From NCBI RefSeq assembly GCF_041751555.1, contig NZ_JBGSXF010000300.1:1-63147 (forward strand): a DNA stretch of 63,147 bases, in the 5' to 3' direction. The notes beneath the pieces were generated by a model. It was not told where the DNA came from. It did no database searches and saw nothing but the letters and a program-made list of their open reading frames with translations. How positions within the stretch are numbered: the first letter of the stretch is position 1; every line of letters starts with the position of its first letter. This document shows positions 39,892-50,153 of this stretch, one piece after another. The position numbers and the translations under genes were made by a program. This DNA comes from Persicitalea sp. GTDB taxonomy: Bacteria > Bacteroidota > Bacteroidia > Cytophagales > Spirosomataceae.

Positions 39892-41637
39892 ATGCAATCC
39901 CCCGTTCCAGAGCACGACAAGCTGATAATCTACCAGATATTCACCCGCCTTTTTGGCAACCAGAATCTCACTAATAAGTATTACGGCTCGCGCGACACTA
40001 ACGGCGTAGGTAAGTTCAATGACATCACGACCGTAGCGCTCAAAGCCCTGAAAGATTTTGGCATATCGCACGTATGGTACACGGGCGTGATTGAGCACGC
40101 CATGATGACCGATTACTCAGAGTATGGAATAGAAGCCGATAACCCATTGATCGTTAAAGGACGAGCGGGTTCACCTTACGCCATTAAAGACTACTACGAT
40201 GTGGATCCTGACCTAGCCGTGGACGTCAACAATCGCATAGCTGAATTTGAGGCTTTAGTCCAGCGCACCCATGACGCCGACTTAAAACTTGTCATCGACT
40301 TCGTCCCCAACCATGTCGCACGGCAATACGCCTCCGACTCGAAGCCCGTTGGGCTGCGCGATTTTGGCGAAGGCGACCGCATGGATTTGGCTTTCGACCC
40401 GCAGAATAATTTTTACTACCTGCCGGGTGAGCCTTTCTGTTCGCCGGAAGCAATCGAATCGCCTGTATCAGCCGAGGAAACCTACGTGGAAAATCCAGCC
40501 AGAGCAACAGGCAATGACGTGTTCACCCCTCATCCGAGCATATACGATTGGTATGAAACTATCAAACTCAACTACGGCGTAAACTACCTCGATGGCCGCA
40601 GCAGACAATTCGATCCGCTCCCCGCTACTTGGCTCCAAATGCGGGACATCTTGCTTTATTGGACTCAAAAGGGCGTAGATGGCTTCCGTTGTGACATGGC
40701 CGAGATGGTACCTGTGGAATTCTGGGGTTGGGTAATCCCCGAGATTCAAAACGCAAACCCCCATATTATTTTTATCGCCGAAATCTACAATCCTGCTGAA
40801 TACCACAACTATATCAAAACTGGCAAATTCGATTATCTCTACGACAAAGTGGGACTTTACAACTACCTCCGGCCCATCATGGAGGGCAGCGGCACGGTCG
40901 AGGACATCACGCGGTTGTGGCAAAACGAATCAGGCGACATAGCCAGCCATATGCTTCGGTTCCTGGAGAACCACGACGAGCAGCGCATCGCCTCCCGCTT
41001 CTTTGCGGGCGACCCATGGGTGGGAGTTCCTGCCATGACCCTCAGCGCCACGTTACATACCGGGCCAGTGATGATTTACTTCGGGCAGGAGGTAGGCGTG
41101 AACCCCACGGAGCCCGAAGGCTTCCAGGGTGACGATGGTCGGACAACTATTTTCGACTACTGGGGAGTACCTGAGTTCCAAAAGTGGGTCAACGGCGGCA
41201 AATTTGACGGCGGAGGCCTGGACGAAAACCAAAAGAAACTCCGCCAATTTTACCATGACCTCAACCACTTCGCCGTAGAAAATGAGGCTATTCGCACTGG
41301 TAAATTTTACGATTTGCAGTACGTCAACATCAATGGACAGAGCCCTGGCTACGATAAAACCCGAACTTATTCTTATCTGCGCTACACCAAAACCCAGCGT
41401 TTTCTCTGCATCTATAATTTTGACAAAGCGAACACCATCAATACATCGGTCAAAATTCCGGAAGTGGTAATCCTGGATACACTGGGTTTAGCAAATGGTC
41501 AATCTTTTCAATTGAATGAAGTTTTTCCAAGAAGAGAATACGAGAAACAATTGAATGCCAACGAAATATCGTCCCAAGGTATCCCAATTACGCTTCCTCC
41601 TTCTTCCGTGATCATCATTGAGATTATGGCTCAATGA
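39892..41637 (+). CDS. GH13 alpha-amylase-family glycosidase (cytoplasmic)
   Basis: IYQIFTRLFGN, GSPYAIKDYY, DFVPNH, DGFRCDMAE, IAEIY, FLENHDE. ATG 39892 preferred. Confidence 0.9.
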   Translation: MQSPVPEHDKLIIYQIFTRLFGNQNLTNKYYGSRDTNGVGKFNDITTVALKALKDFGISHVWYTGVIEHAMMTDYSEYGIEADNPLIVKGRAGSPYAIKDYYDVDPDLAVDVNNRIAEFEALVQRTHDADLKLVIDFVPNHVARQYASDSKPVGLRDFGEGDRMDLAFDPQNNFYYLPGEPFCSPEAIESPVSAEETYVENPARATGNDVFTPHPSIYDWYETIKLNYGVNYLDGRSRQFDPLPATWLQMRDILLYWTQKGVDGFRCDMAEMVPVEFWGWVIPEIQNANPHIIFIAEIYNPAEYHNYIKTGKFDYLYDKVGLYNYLRPIMEGSGTVEDITRLWQNESGDIASHMLRFLENHDEQRIASRFFAGDPWVGVPAMTLSATLHTGPVMIYFGQEVGVNPTEPEGFQGDDGRTTIFDYWGVPEFQKWVNGGKFDGGGLDENQKKLRQFYHDLNHFAVENEAIRTGKFYDLQYVNINGQSPGYDKTRTYSYLRYTKTQRFLCIYNFDKANTINTSVKIPEVVILDTLGLANGQSFQLNEVFPRREYEKQLNANEISSQGIPITLPPSSVIIIEIMAQ

Positions 41638-41723
41638 TGATTAAATAATATCGTAAATCCAAGCATATTTTGTATTTAACTTCCATCTACTTTTACAGTA
41701 ATTCACTTATTCAAAATTAAATA

Positions 41724-43298
41724 GTGGACACCCCTCCTCCCTCCGCCAACATCCCCCCCGTCCGGCCCAAGCCTCGGTTGAGTTTTTGGGACATTTGGAA
41801 TATGAGCTTTGGCTTCCTGGGCATTCAGTTTGGCTTCGCGCTGCAAAACGCCAACGTGAGCCGCATATTCGAGACGCTGGGGGCAAGTGTGGACGACATT
41901 CCTATTCTGTGGGTAGCAGCACCATTGACTGGGCTGTTAATTCAGCCCGTAGTTGGGTACTTCAGCGATCGTACCTGGACGAGGTTGGGGAGGCGGCGTC
42001 CCTACTTTTTGATGGGTGCGGTGTTGGCTTCGCTGGCCCTGTTCGTGATGCCTAATTCCCCCACTCTGTGGTTTGCCGCCGGGATGTTATGGATCATGGA
42101 CGCGTCGATCAATATTTCTATGGAGCCGTTCCGGGCTTTCGTGGGTGACAATCTCCCTACCGACCAAACTACCTCGGGATTCGCAATGCAGAGTTTTTTC
42201 ATCGGTACCGGGGCCATCATAGCCTCTTCGCTTCCTTACGTTTTAACCAATTGGTTTGGAGTACCCAACCAAGCCGCCGAGGGAATTATTCCTGATTCGG
42301 TCAAGTGGTCTTTTTACCTGGGCGGTGCGGTGTTTTTCATCGCAGTGCTTTGGACCGTATTTCGATCCAGGGAGTACTCGCCCGAAGAGTTGCGGTCATT
42401 CTCGGAACCAATCGACAAAAAGACGCTGGACGGCAAGGGCGTGCTTGAGTCCAAAATATCGGATAGCAAAGGGCAATCGCAAATAATGAAAGGTCTAGCT
42501 GTGGCTGTGGTTGGCCTCATTCTATCGGGCTGGCTTTATTCTCAGAGTTTAAATAAAGAACTGTACGTCTTCACCGTAGGTATATTCATCGTCGGCGTGC
42601 TTTTTATGCTCTCGGGGCTGATGCAGCGGCAGGGTTCGTACGCTAATGGTTTTGTGACGATCATGAACGACTTCGAAACCATGCCCGCTACTATGAAACA
42701 ACTGGCCGTAGTGCAGTTTTTCTCTTGGTTTGCCTTGTTCGCCATGTGGATTTATATGACGCCAGCCGTAACAAGCCACCTTTACGGCACCACCAACACT
42801 ACTTCCAAACTTTATAATGACGGGGCCGACTGGGTTGGGCTCTGCATGGGCGTATATAATGGCGTCGCCGCCTTGGTGGCGTTTGGTATACCGGTAGTAG
42901 CGAGGTTCACAAGTCGGCGCGTTACGCATTTGCTTTGTTTGAGCGCAGGCGGACTGGCGCTACTCTCCATATATTTTATGAACAATCCCGACTATCTGAT
43001 GCTGGCGATGGTTGGAATAGGTATAGCCTGGGCTTCTATTTTGTCGGTTCCTTACGCCATTTTGTCGGGATCTCTGCCCGCCGCCAAGATGGGTTACTAT
43101 ATGGGAGTGTTCAATTTTTTCATCGTCATTCCGCAGATTGTAGCCGCAGCCCTATTGGGGTATTTGATAAAATCGTTATTTGGTGGCGAGCCGATCTACG
43201 CATTGGTTTTGGGGGGATGCTCGATGATTCTGGCCGGATTACTTTGTCTGCGAGTGCAAGATGAACCGAAAAAAGTGAGCGCGTCAACAGCAGGATAA
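41724..43298 (+). CDS. MFS sugar transporter (sucrose/maltose, SLC45-like)
   Basis: IWNMSFGFLGIQFGFALQ, SDRTW..LGRRRPY, MDASINISMEPFRA, MGVFNFFIVIPQI. GTG start. Confidence 0.9.
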   Translation: MDTPPPSANIPPVRPKPRLSFWDIWNMSFGFLGIQFGFALQNANVSRIFETLGASVDDIPILWVAAPLTGLLIQPVVGYFSDRTWTRLGRRRPYFLMGAVLASLALFVMPNSPTLWFAAGMLWIMDASINISMEPFRAFVGDNLPTDQTTSGFAMQSFFIGTGAIIASSLPYVLTNWFGVPNQAAEGIIPDSVKWSFYLGGAVFFIAVLWTVFRSREYSPEELRSFSEPIDKKTLDGKGVLESKISDSKGQSQIMKGLAVAVVGLILSGWLYSQSLNKELYVFTVGIFIVGVLFMLSGLMQRQGSYANGFVTIMNDFETMPATMKQLAVVQFFSWFALFAMWIYMTPAVTSHLYGTTNTTSKLYNDGADWVGLCMGVYNGVAALVAFGIPVVARFTSRRVTHLLCLSAGGLALLSIYFMNNPDYLMLAMVGIGIAWASILSVPYAILSGSLPAAKMGYYMGVFNFFIVIPQIVAAALLGYLIKSLFGGEPIYALVLGGCSMILAGLLCLRVQDEPKKVSASTAG

Positions 43299-43417
43299 TC
43301 AAACAGGCAGTTTGGAAGATTTAAAGATTACAGCTTGTTTTTCGGGCACATTGGCACATTTTTTCTAAATTGAGGGTGAGCATGCACTTCCCTAGCCCAA
43401 GAACATCAGCGCATATT

Positions 43418-45640
43418 ATGAATCAACTACCTATCCGAAAAAAAGGCCGATTAATCATCGTCGCCTACCGTCTTCCTTTTAAAATAATCAAAAACGGTAG
43501 CGGTACTTCGCTTTTTCAAAATTCCGGTGGACTAGTTTCCGCCGTGCTTTCCCTGGCACAGGGTGCCACGAATACCAGCTTCGAGTTTGAGGATAAAATC
43601 CAGTGGATAGGCTATACCGACAACACTGCCGAGGAACTTGAAGGCGTTACGCTTGAAAACGACAATTTCAAGGCACATCCAGTGTTTATCTCTCAGGAAC
43701 TCAATGATAACTACTACGAAGGATTTTGTAATGACCTGATTTGGCCGCTATTTCACTACTTCCCTACACTGGCCAAATTTGAAAATGAATTCTTTGAGGC
43801 ATACCAGAAAGCGAATCTGCTTTTCTACGAAGCGATGGTGGATGTCATTCAGCCTGATGACGTGATCTGGATTCATGACTACCAGTTGATGATGCTGCCC
43901 GACTTGATTCGGCAGAAGTTCCCCAATAATAAAATTGGTTTCTTTTTTCACATCCCTTTTCCTTCCTACGAGATTTTTCGCCTACTACCCTCGATTTGGC
44001 GCGATGCCATTATTGACGGTATTATGGGGGCCGACGTAGTAGGTTTTCACACCAATGATTATGTCGAATATTTCCTAAAAGCCGTGCGGATGGTCATTGG
44101 GCAGGGCAACCGAATGCACTATGTCAATCTAAATAATAGGTTGGTAAAGGTAGATGCCTTTCCGATCAGCATCGACTATCAGAAATTCAACGATGCCTTT
44201 GACGACCCGAAAGTTAGCAAAGCGCGACAGGAAGCTCGGGTACCGTTAATGGAGAAAGTTATTTTTTCTGTCGATCGACTAGATTATTCAAAGGGATTGC
44301 TCAATCGTTTGAAAGGATATGAACGTTTTCTTGAACAATATGAGGAGTGGCACGGACGGGTATCGTTTGTGATGATGGTTGTACCTTCGCGCGACCAAAT
44401 CGAGCAATATCAACAGATGAAATCCGAAATCGACCAGATGGTGGGTCGTATCGGGGCTCAATACGGCAGAATCAATTGGCAGCCCATCATTTATCAGTAC
44501 CGCTCAATGCCCTTTGAGGAGTTGGTGGGGCTTTATACGGCCAGTGACGTGGCATTGATTACGCCCGTTCGCGATGGCATGAACCTGGTGTGTAAGGAAT
44601 ACGTAGCCAGTCGAAAAGATGAGCAAGGTGTTTTGGTATTGAGTGAGATGGCGGGGGCCGCCGCTGAATTGGGCGAGGCACTGATTATTAATCCAACTGA
44701 TAGCCAGGACATTGCCGATGCCATAAACAAAGCCTTGGCGATGGAACCCGAAGACCAACGGAAGCGCATGGTAGCCATGCAGCAGCGCTTGCGAGAATAC
44801 GACGTATTTGCGTGGACTAACGACTTTTTTACCCAAATGCTAATGATTGATCAAGAACATAAAAGACTGAAATTAGATTACCTCACGGATGCGGATATCG
44901 TTGAGATGAACCAAGCTTACTCCAAAGCGAAAAAGCGTCTGTTTTTCTTCGATTATGATGGCACCCTTGTTCCCATCGTCCGCGAGCCGGAGGATGCCAT
45001 CATTTCGGCAGAAACCAAAGCCATCGTGGCCGAACTAGCTGAGCGCGACACGGTGGTCGTAATCAGCGGTCGCGATCGGGCCTTTCTGATGAACGTTGTG
45101 GGCGATCTACCTGTCCATATCGTGGCCGAACACGGCGCTTTGATCCGTAAAAAAGGTGAGCGGGAATTTATGATGAATCCCGCTTATGTAGAAGATTGGA
45201 AAGACGGCATTCGTCCGATTCTGGAATTGTACGTAAAGCGTTGTCCGGGTGCATTTGTGGAGGAAAAAGAAACTTCTTTGGCCTGGCACTACCGCACAGC
45301 TGACGATCATGAGTACGCATTACGCCGAGCGCAGGAACTAGCCTGGCAGCTCAAAAGCTTCATTCAGCCCGAGCAAGCCCTGCAGATCATCGAAGGCAAT
45401 ATGGTAATTGAGGTCAAAAAAACCGCTTTCAACAAAGGTACTTCGGCAAAATCATTCGTTGAAGAAGATGATTTTGATTTCATACTGGCAATGGGCGATG
45501 ATACCACGGACGAAGATATGTTCGAAGCGTTGCCTGGATCGGCCTATACCGTAAAAGTGGGTGACGCACTTTCCATCGCGAAGAAACACATTAAGAATCA
45601 GTATGCGGTCATGGAATTATTGACCACATTCAAAGAGTAG
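43418..45640 (+). CDS. Bifunctional trehalose-6-phosphate synthase/phosphatase (OtsA-OtsB fusion)
   Basis: GT20 motifs SGGLVSA, WPLFHY, WIHDYQL, HIPFP, VDRLDYSKG, RDGMNLVCKEY. HAD motifs FFDYDGTL and GDDTTDEDMF. ATG 43418 preferred. Confidence 0.95.
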   Translation: MNQLPIRKKGRLIIVAYRLPFKIIKNGSGTSLFQNSGGLVSAVLSLAQGATNTSFEFEDKIQWIGYTDNTAEELEGVTLENDNFKAHPVFISQELNDNYYEGFCNDLIWPLFHYFPTLAKFENEFFEAYQKANLLFYEAMVDVIQPDDVIWIHDYQLMMLPDLIRQKFPNNKIGFFFHIPFPSYEIFRLLPSIWRDAIIDGIMGADVVGFHTNDYVEYFLKAVRMVIGQGNRMHYVNLNNRLVKVDAFPISIDYQKFNDAFDDPKVSKARQEARVPLMEKVIFSVDRLDYSKGLLNRLKGYERFLEQYEEWHGRVSFVMMVVPSRDQIEQYQQMKSEIDQMVGRIGAQYGRINWQPIIYQYRSMPFEELVGLYTASDVALITPVRDGMNLVCKEYVASRKDEQGVLVLSEMAGAAAELGEALIINPTDSQDIADAINKALAMEPEDQRKRMVAMQQRLREYDVFAWTNDFFTQMLMIDQEHKRLKLDYLTDADIVEMNQAYSKAKKRLFFFDYDGTLVPIVREPEDAIISAETKAIVAELAERDTVVVISGRDRAFLMNVVGDLPVHIVAEHGALIRKKGEREFMMNPAYVEDWKDGIRPILELYVKRCPGAFVEEKETSLAWHYRTADDHEYALRRAQELAWQLKSFIQPEQALQIIEGNMVIEVKKTAFNKGTSAKSFVEEDDFDFILAMGDDTTDEDMFEALPGSAYTVKVGDALSIAKKHIKNQYAVMELLTTFKE

Positions 45641-45716
45641 TTGTGTGGGTTGATTGTGCTAAATGCTTTCTAGATGTTCAACTGGTTCGTAAAGTGTTTT
45701 CTATCGTTATTCGGAG

Positions 45717-46538
45717 ATGAGGTATTTCAAAACAGTGTTAATTTTATGGGGAGCGGCGCTGCTTGGTTTTGTACCAAGAGTTGAGAACCCCGAACAAGTT
45801 TTTTTGGAGAAGATTGCCAAGGTCAGTTCAGGGACACTTCCTGAACTGACTTTGTGCATGGCCGAGACCTTTATGGGGATTCCTTACGTTGCGCACACGT
45901 TGGAAGGTAATGCGAATGAGCAGTTGGTTTGTCGTTTCGACGCATTGGACTGCACTACTCTGGTTGATGTGTCAGTGGCTTTGGCTCTAGCCAAAAAAGA
46001 GGATTTGACCTACGAACAGTTTCTAAGTATAATGACCCAACTGCGATACATGGGCGGCGTTATCGATGGTTACCCTTCGCGGCAACATTATTTTCTCTCA
46101 TGGCGGAATCAGGGCGTAGCTAGCGGACTGCTCAATGATGTGACCGAGGGTTTAGGCGGCATTTCTTATGATAAACAAATCAACTTCATGTCCGGTCATG
46201 CCGATTTGTACAAAGGAATCGACTCAGAAACTGCTTTGAACAAAATAAAAGACAACGAGCAGGCAGTCAACGCCGAGGAGTATAAATATATTCCTAAAAC
46301 ATCTGTCCGAAACATCGAAAGTAAGCTGCAAGATGGTGATATCATTGGCATCACCTCTACAATCGCCGGGCTGGATTGCAACCATCAGGGCATCGTGAAA
46401 ATGCAGAAAGGCCGCGCGTATCTCGTCCATGCTTCTACCACGGCAAAAAAAGTGATCGAGAGTCCCGAACCGCTAGCAGACTACCTCAATTCGGTAAAGC
46501 GCCACAGCGGAATTATCGTACTTCGATTGAATGGCTAA
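45717..46538 (+). CDS. DUF1460 / NlpC-P60-like N-acetylmuramoyl-L-alanine amidase
   Basis: F.G.PYVAHTLE, LDCTT (catalytic Cys), SRQHYF, INFMS.H, DGDII, HASTT. Confidence 0.85.
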   Translation: MRYFKTVLILWGAALLGFVPRVENPEQVFLEKIAKVSSGTLPELTLCMAETFMGIPYVAHTLEGNANEQLVCRFDALDCTTLVDVSVALALAKKEDLTYEQFLSIMTQLRYMGGVIDGYPSRQHYFLSWRNQGVASGLLNDVTEGLGGISYDKQINFMSGHADLYKGIDSETALNKIKDNEQAVNAEEYKYIPKTSVRNIESKLQDGDIIGITSTIAGLDCNHQGIVKMQKGRAYLVHASTTAKKVIESPEPLADYLNSVKRHSGIIVLRLNG

Positions 46539-46648
46539 AAAATGGATAGGATACCAGTACTGGTGTAATTTTCACCTTCCATTTTACCTCGTCATCTCAA
46601 CCATAGCGGGTCATAAGGCGGTCGAAGGACTTCTTTTCTTCTCAATTT

Positions 46649-47698
46649 ATGCAAATAGAATACTGGCAAATTCTGGCCCTGGCGGCAGTGACGGGTCTAC
46701 TAACAGGCTGGTTGGTTATTCGGCTACTGAAGTTCGTCTCCCGAAAGCAAAGCAATAAAAGCTGGCGTACTGTTCGTGAAAGTATCACCAGTGTCCTTTA
46801 CTTCTTCTTTACAGCACTCTTTGTTAACCTTCTGGCTAACAACCGTTACGCAACGGCGGCAGAAAGCTATTTTATTTTCAGCGCCAGTAAGATTATTCTT
46901 ATTGCGGTAAGTACCTGGCTGGCAATTCGCCTTGTCGTACTGATGGAGCGAATTATCCTTAATCAACTAGATCTCAACAAGACCAACAACCTACAGGAAC
47001 GCAGGCTTTTTACCAAGGTCAAGTTTATAAAGCGATTGATTGTGATTTCGGTATTAGTCTTGGCAGTAGCCCTGCTTCTGTTGAGCTTCAAGAGAGGTCG
47101 GGAGTTTGGTTTAGGCATGTTGACTTCGGCAGGTATTGTCTCGGTCATTGTGGGTTTCGCGGCGCAGAAAACCATTGCCAATCTACTGGCGGGAATTCAG
47201 ATTGCCTTTACGCAGCCCATTAAAATTGAGGATGTAGTCATTGTGGAAGGCGAGTGGGGCCACATTGAGGAAATCAACCTAACCTACGTAGTTGTCAAAA
47301 TCTGGGACTTGCGAAGAATGATTCTGCCCATAACTTATTTTGTCGAGAAGCCATTTCAAAATTGGACGCGCTCTGATTCGAGCGTAATTGGCTCGGCATT
47401 CTTTTATCTCGACTACCACACACCCGTTTCCAAACTCCGCCATCAACTAATGAAAATTTTGCAGGAAAGTCGGCTCTGGGATGGTACTACGGCTGCTCTA
47501 CAATTGACGGACACTAAAGATCAGTTCATAGTGTTGCGGGCTGTTATGTCAGCCCGCAATGCTCCGGACGCATTCGATCTTCGATGCGAAGTGCGGGAGA
47601 AAATGATCGAGTTTATCAACGCCAAGTACCCTAAAGCTCTGCCAAACATACCGATTTCCCTTAAAAAAAGTGACCCGACAGACGCCGAGCCACTTTAA
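46649..47698 (+). CDS. Small-conductance mechanosensitive channel (MscS family)
   Basis: SAGIVSVIVGFAAQKTIANLLAGIQIAFTQPI, GEWG.IEEI.LTYVVV, PFQNW. Confidence 0.92.
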   Translation: MQIEYWQILALAAVTGLLTGWLVIRLLKFVSRKQSNKSWRTVRESITSVLYFFFTALFVNLLANNRYATAAESYFIFSASKIILIAVSTWLAIRLVVLMERIILNQLDLNKTNNLQERRLFTKVKFIKRLIVISVLVLAVALLLLSFKRGREFGLGMLTSAGIVSVIVGFAAQKTIANLLAGIQIAFTQPIKIEDVVIVEGEWGHIEEINLTYVVVKIWDLRRMILPITYFVEKPFQNWTRSDSSVIGSAFFYLDYHTPVSKLRHQLMKILQESRLWDGTTAALQLTDTKDQFIVLRAVMSARNAPDAFDLRCEVREKMIEFINAKYPKALPNIPISLKKSDPTDAEPL

Positions 47699-47897
47699 GT
47701 AACATTAACACAACTCAACTAAATTATAGGGTCAGTGCAGACTCTTCGCATAACAGCGAAGTCGGCTGATAGGAATAGGTATACTTTCGAACTTAGGAAT
47801 CCAAAGTTCCGCTCTGGCGTGTACAGATGTTCGACTTTGATTTCACAAAGCTCTTTATAATGCGGCAAAGAAAAATTAAGGTCGGATTAAAAAGAGA

Positions 47898-49280
47898 TTA
47901 AATTTCTATAAAACCGACTTTGGGAAACGTAAGGATGAAATCACTTCCTTCTTGCGGCACGGACTCAACGGTAACTGTTCCTTTGTGAATTTCGATAATG
48001 CGCTTTGTGAGCGCCAAGCCGATACCATGGCCCTGGCGGTTTTTCGTCTCTTCGCCACGGTAAAAAGTATCGAACAAAAATGGAATGCCTGCGGCCGGTA
48101 TCCCTACCCCTTCATCCTTAAAGTGCAGAACAATTGATCCCGACTCGGCATTTAAATGAACGGACATCGTCTTAGTGTCAGAGTACTTGCAGCCATTTTC
48201 CATCAGATTAGCAAAAGCAGTTCTAAGCAGGGTTTCTTCTCCAAGTACCGCAATTTCATTTTCGTCTTCGGGTATCTTATCGTATTCGACGGTCACCACG
48301 TAGCCGTGGTTCTTCTGCATCACAGATTCTTGCGCCATCCAAAGTACCTCGTCAAGCCTGACTTTCTGGTATGATTTCAGCGGAACGCCCTCTTCTGTTC
48401 TGGCTAGTTCCAACAATTGATTGACCATCTGATTCATATTGCGAACCTCCTCCAGGACACTTTTCAATCCTTTCCGGTACTCGTCCGCAGTTCGTTCTTT
48501 CATGAGCGTTACCTCTACGTCTGCCATCATAACCGCCAGTGGTGTGCGTAATTCATGCGATGCGCGGGAGACGAAACTTTTCTGCGCCTTGAAGGCCAGT
48601 TCCAGGCGGTCGAGCATGAGATTGAACGTCTGCGCAAGCTTTGCTAACTCATCCTTTTCTCGTCCCACGACAAGACGATCATGAAGATTGCCCGCCGAGA
48701 TGTTATCAACCTGGTGATTGATTTCCGCCACAGGCTTGATGGCGTCACGGGCAAATAACCAACCCGCTACAGCTACCGATAACAGACTCACCAGCCAGCC
48801 CATTACCAGGATGTCACGCAGGCGGTCGAGCTTGCTCAGCCCGATTGTGTCCTCAGCATCTGCCACAATGACCCAGACCTGTTCCCAGTCATGTAGGTGC
48901 CGGATCAGGATAATCTCACGATTCCTCTCCCGTAACTGCACTTCTTTCCCATCACGTACCTGGGCCAATTCGCTCACCGAGACTGGAATTCGAGTTTTAC
49001 CGCTATCATAAATAACCGAATCTTGCTCATTGTAAACCGTGATTTCCTCTTTGAACAAAATGGTGCTATTTGCTTCTTCGATGCGCGTTATTTCCTCATT
49101 GGTAATGCCATTCACATCTTCGAGTAGCCGAGTTATCGTAACCACTCGCTCATGCAAATAGGCCGAAAACTGCTGCTCGCGGTATTGATCGTAGAAGTAG
49201 TAAATTAAAAAGCAAAAAATAAGCAAGATGGAAGCCACCAGCAGCGTGAATAGGAGCGTAAGACGGGCTTTTATGTTCAT
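47898..49280 (-). CDS. Membrane sensor histidine kinase with HAMP domain (CusS/ArlS-like)
   Basis: Two TM segments, HAMP (DELAKLAQTFN.ML.RL), ASHELRTPL, NLMENGCKYS, DEGVGI, GIGLAL. Confidence 0.93.
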   Translation of the reverse strand: MNIKARLTLLFTLLVASILLIFCFLIYYFYDQYREQQFSAYLHERVVTITRLLEDVNGITNEEITRIEEANSTILFKEEITVYNEQDSVIYDSGKTRIPVSVSELAQVRDGKEVQLRERNREIILIRHLHDWEQVWVIVADAEDTIGLSKLDRLRDILVMGWLVSLLSVAVAGWLFARDAIKPVAEINHQVDNISAGNLHDRLVVGREKDELAKLAQTFNLMLDRLELAFKAQKSFVSRASHELRTPLAVMMADVEVTLMKERTADEYRKGLKSVLEEVRNMNQMVNQLLELARTEEGVPLKSYQKVRLDEVLWMAQESVMQKNHGYVVTVEYDKIPEDENEIAVLGEETLLRTAFANLMENGCKYSDTKTMSVHLNAESGSIVLHFKDEGVGIPAAGIPFLFDTFYRGEETKNRQGHGIGLALTKRIIEIHKGTVTVESVPQEGSDFILTFPKVGFIEI

Positions 49281-49954
49281 TTTTCTTTAAATATATAACC
49301 CATTCCCACAACTGTATGAATTAGTTTCGTCGGATGGGATTTATCTACCTTTTTCCGCAAGAAGTTGATATACACATCGATGACATTGGTACCCGTATCA
49401 AAGCGAATATCCCAGACCTTTTCGGCGATGTCCACGCGTGAGACAACCCGCCCACGATTACGCATTAAATATTCCAACAGGGCAAATTCCTTAGCGGTAA
49501 GGTCTATACGTTGCCCGGCTCGACGGGCAATTTTTTCGTCTAAATTCAACTCCAAGTCCGCGATTTTGAGCGAATGCTGACTTCTCTCCGGGCTATATTT
49601 CCGCTTAGCAAGTACTTTGACACGAGCAATCAATTCCCTGAATTCAAAGGGCTTGGCCAAATAGCCGTCTGCACCTGAATCAAATCCTTGTAACTTATCT
49701 TCGACGGTTCCGAGTGCCGTCAGCATGAGAATTGGAGCCGACACGCCTTCTTGGCGCAGTTGCTGTGAAAGATCGAAGCCATTTATCACAGGCAGATTGA
49801 CATCCATGACGATCAAATCGAACCCGCTGCCTAATGCAAGGTACTTGCCCATGCGTCCGTCAAATGCTACTTCAACCTCCCAAGATTGCTCTTCAAAGCC
49901 TTTCTTGATGAAGCCTGCGAGTTTGGTTTCATCTTCCACCACGAGTATCCTCAT
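49277..49954 (-). CDS. OmpR-family response regulator (CusR/ArlR-like)
   Basis: MRILVVEDE, MDVNLP, LMLTA, KPF, LTAKEF.LL, NVIDVYINFLRKK, HTVVGMGY. ATG 49954 preferred over 50065. Confidence 0.94.
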   Translation of the reverse strand: MRILVVEDETKLAGFIKKGFEEQSWEVEVAFDGRMGKYLALGSGFDLIVMDVNLPVINGFDLSQQLRQEGVSAPILMLTALGTVEDKLQGFDSGADGYLAKPFEFRELIARVKVLAKRKYSPERSQHSLKIADLELNLDEKIARRAGQRIDLTAKEFALLEYLMRNRGRVVSRVDIAEKVWDIRFDTGTNVIDVYINFLRKKVDKSHPTKLIHTVVGMGYIFKEK

Positions 49955-50014
49955 TCGTTCGATCGTTGGATTATATTTATAATTATTACAAGATAAAGCG
50001 ATTGTAGGCCATAC

Positions 50015-50045
50015 AAAAAAGCCATTCGAAATTTCGAATGGCTTT
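50015..50045 (-). terminator. Terminator of the DinB-family gene (perfect 28-bp palindrome)
   Basis: AAAGCCATTCGAAATTTCGAATGGCTTT at 50018-50045, giving a U run on the minus strand. Confidence 0.8.
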
Positions 50046-50153
50046 CCGACATATATCCACACCATTAAAAGCCCAGCCCATGCGGACCAAACTTTTTTCT
50101 TTGATTCGTCTCCCGATTAAATAAAGCGGTAAGACGACTCATTAACTTATTTC

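Noticed and set aside
46531-46758. 75-aa ORF and 12-bp palindrome ACCAGTACTGGT (46553-46564)
   Set aside because: The ORF overlaps mscS out of frame and has no motif. The palindrome occurs once and has no supporting context.
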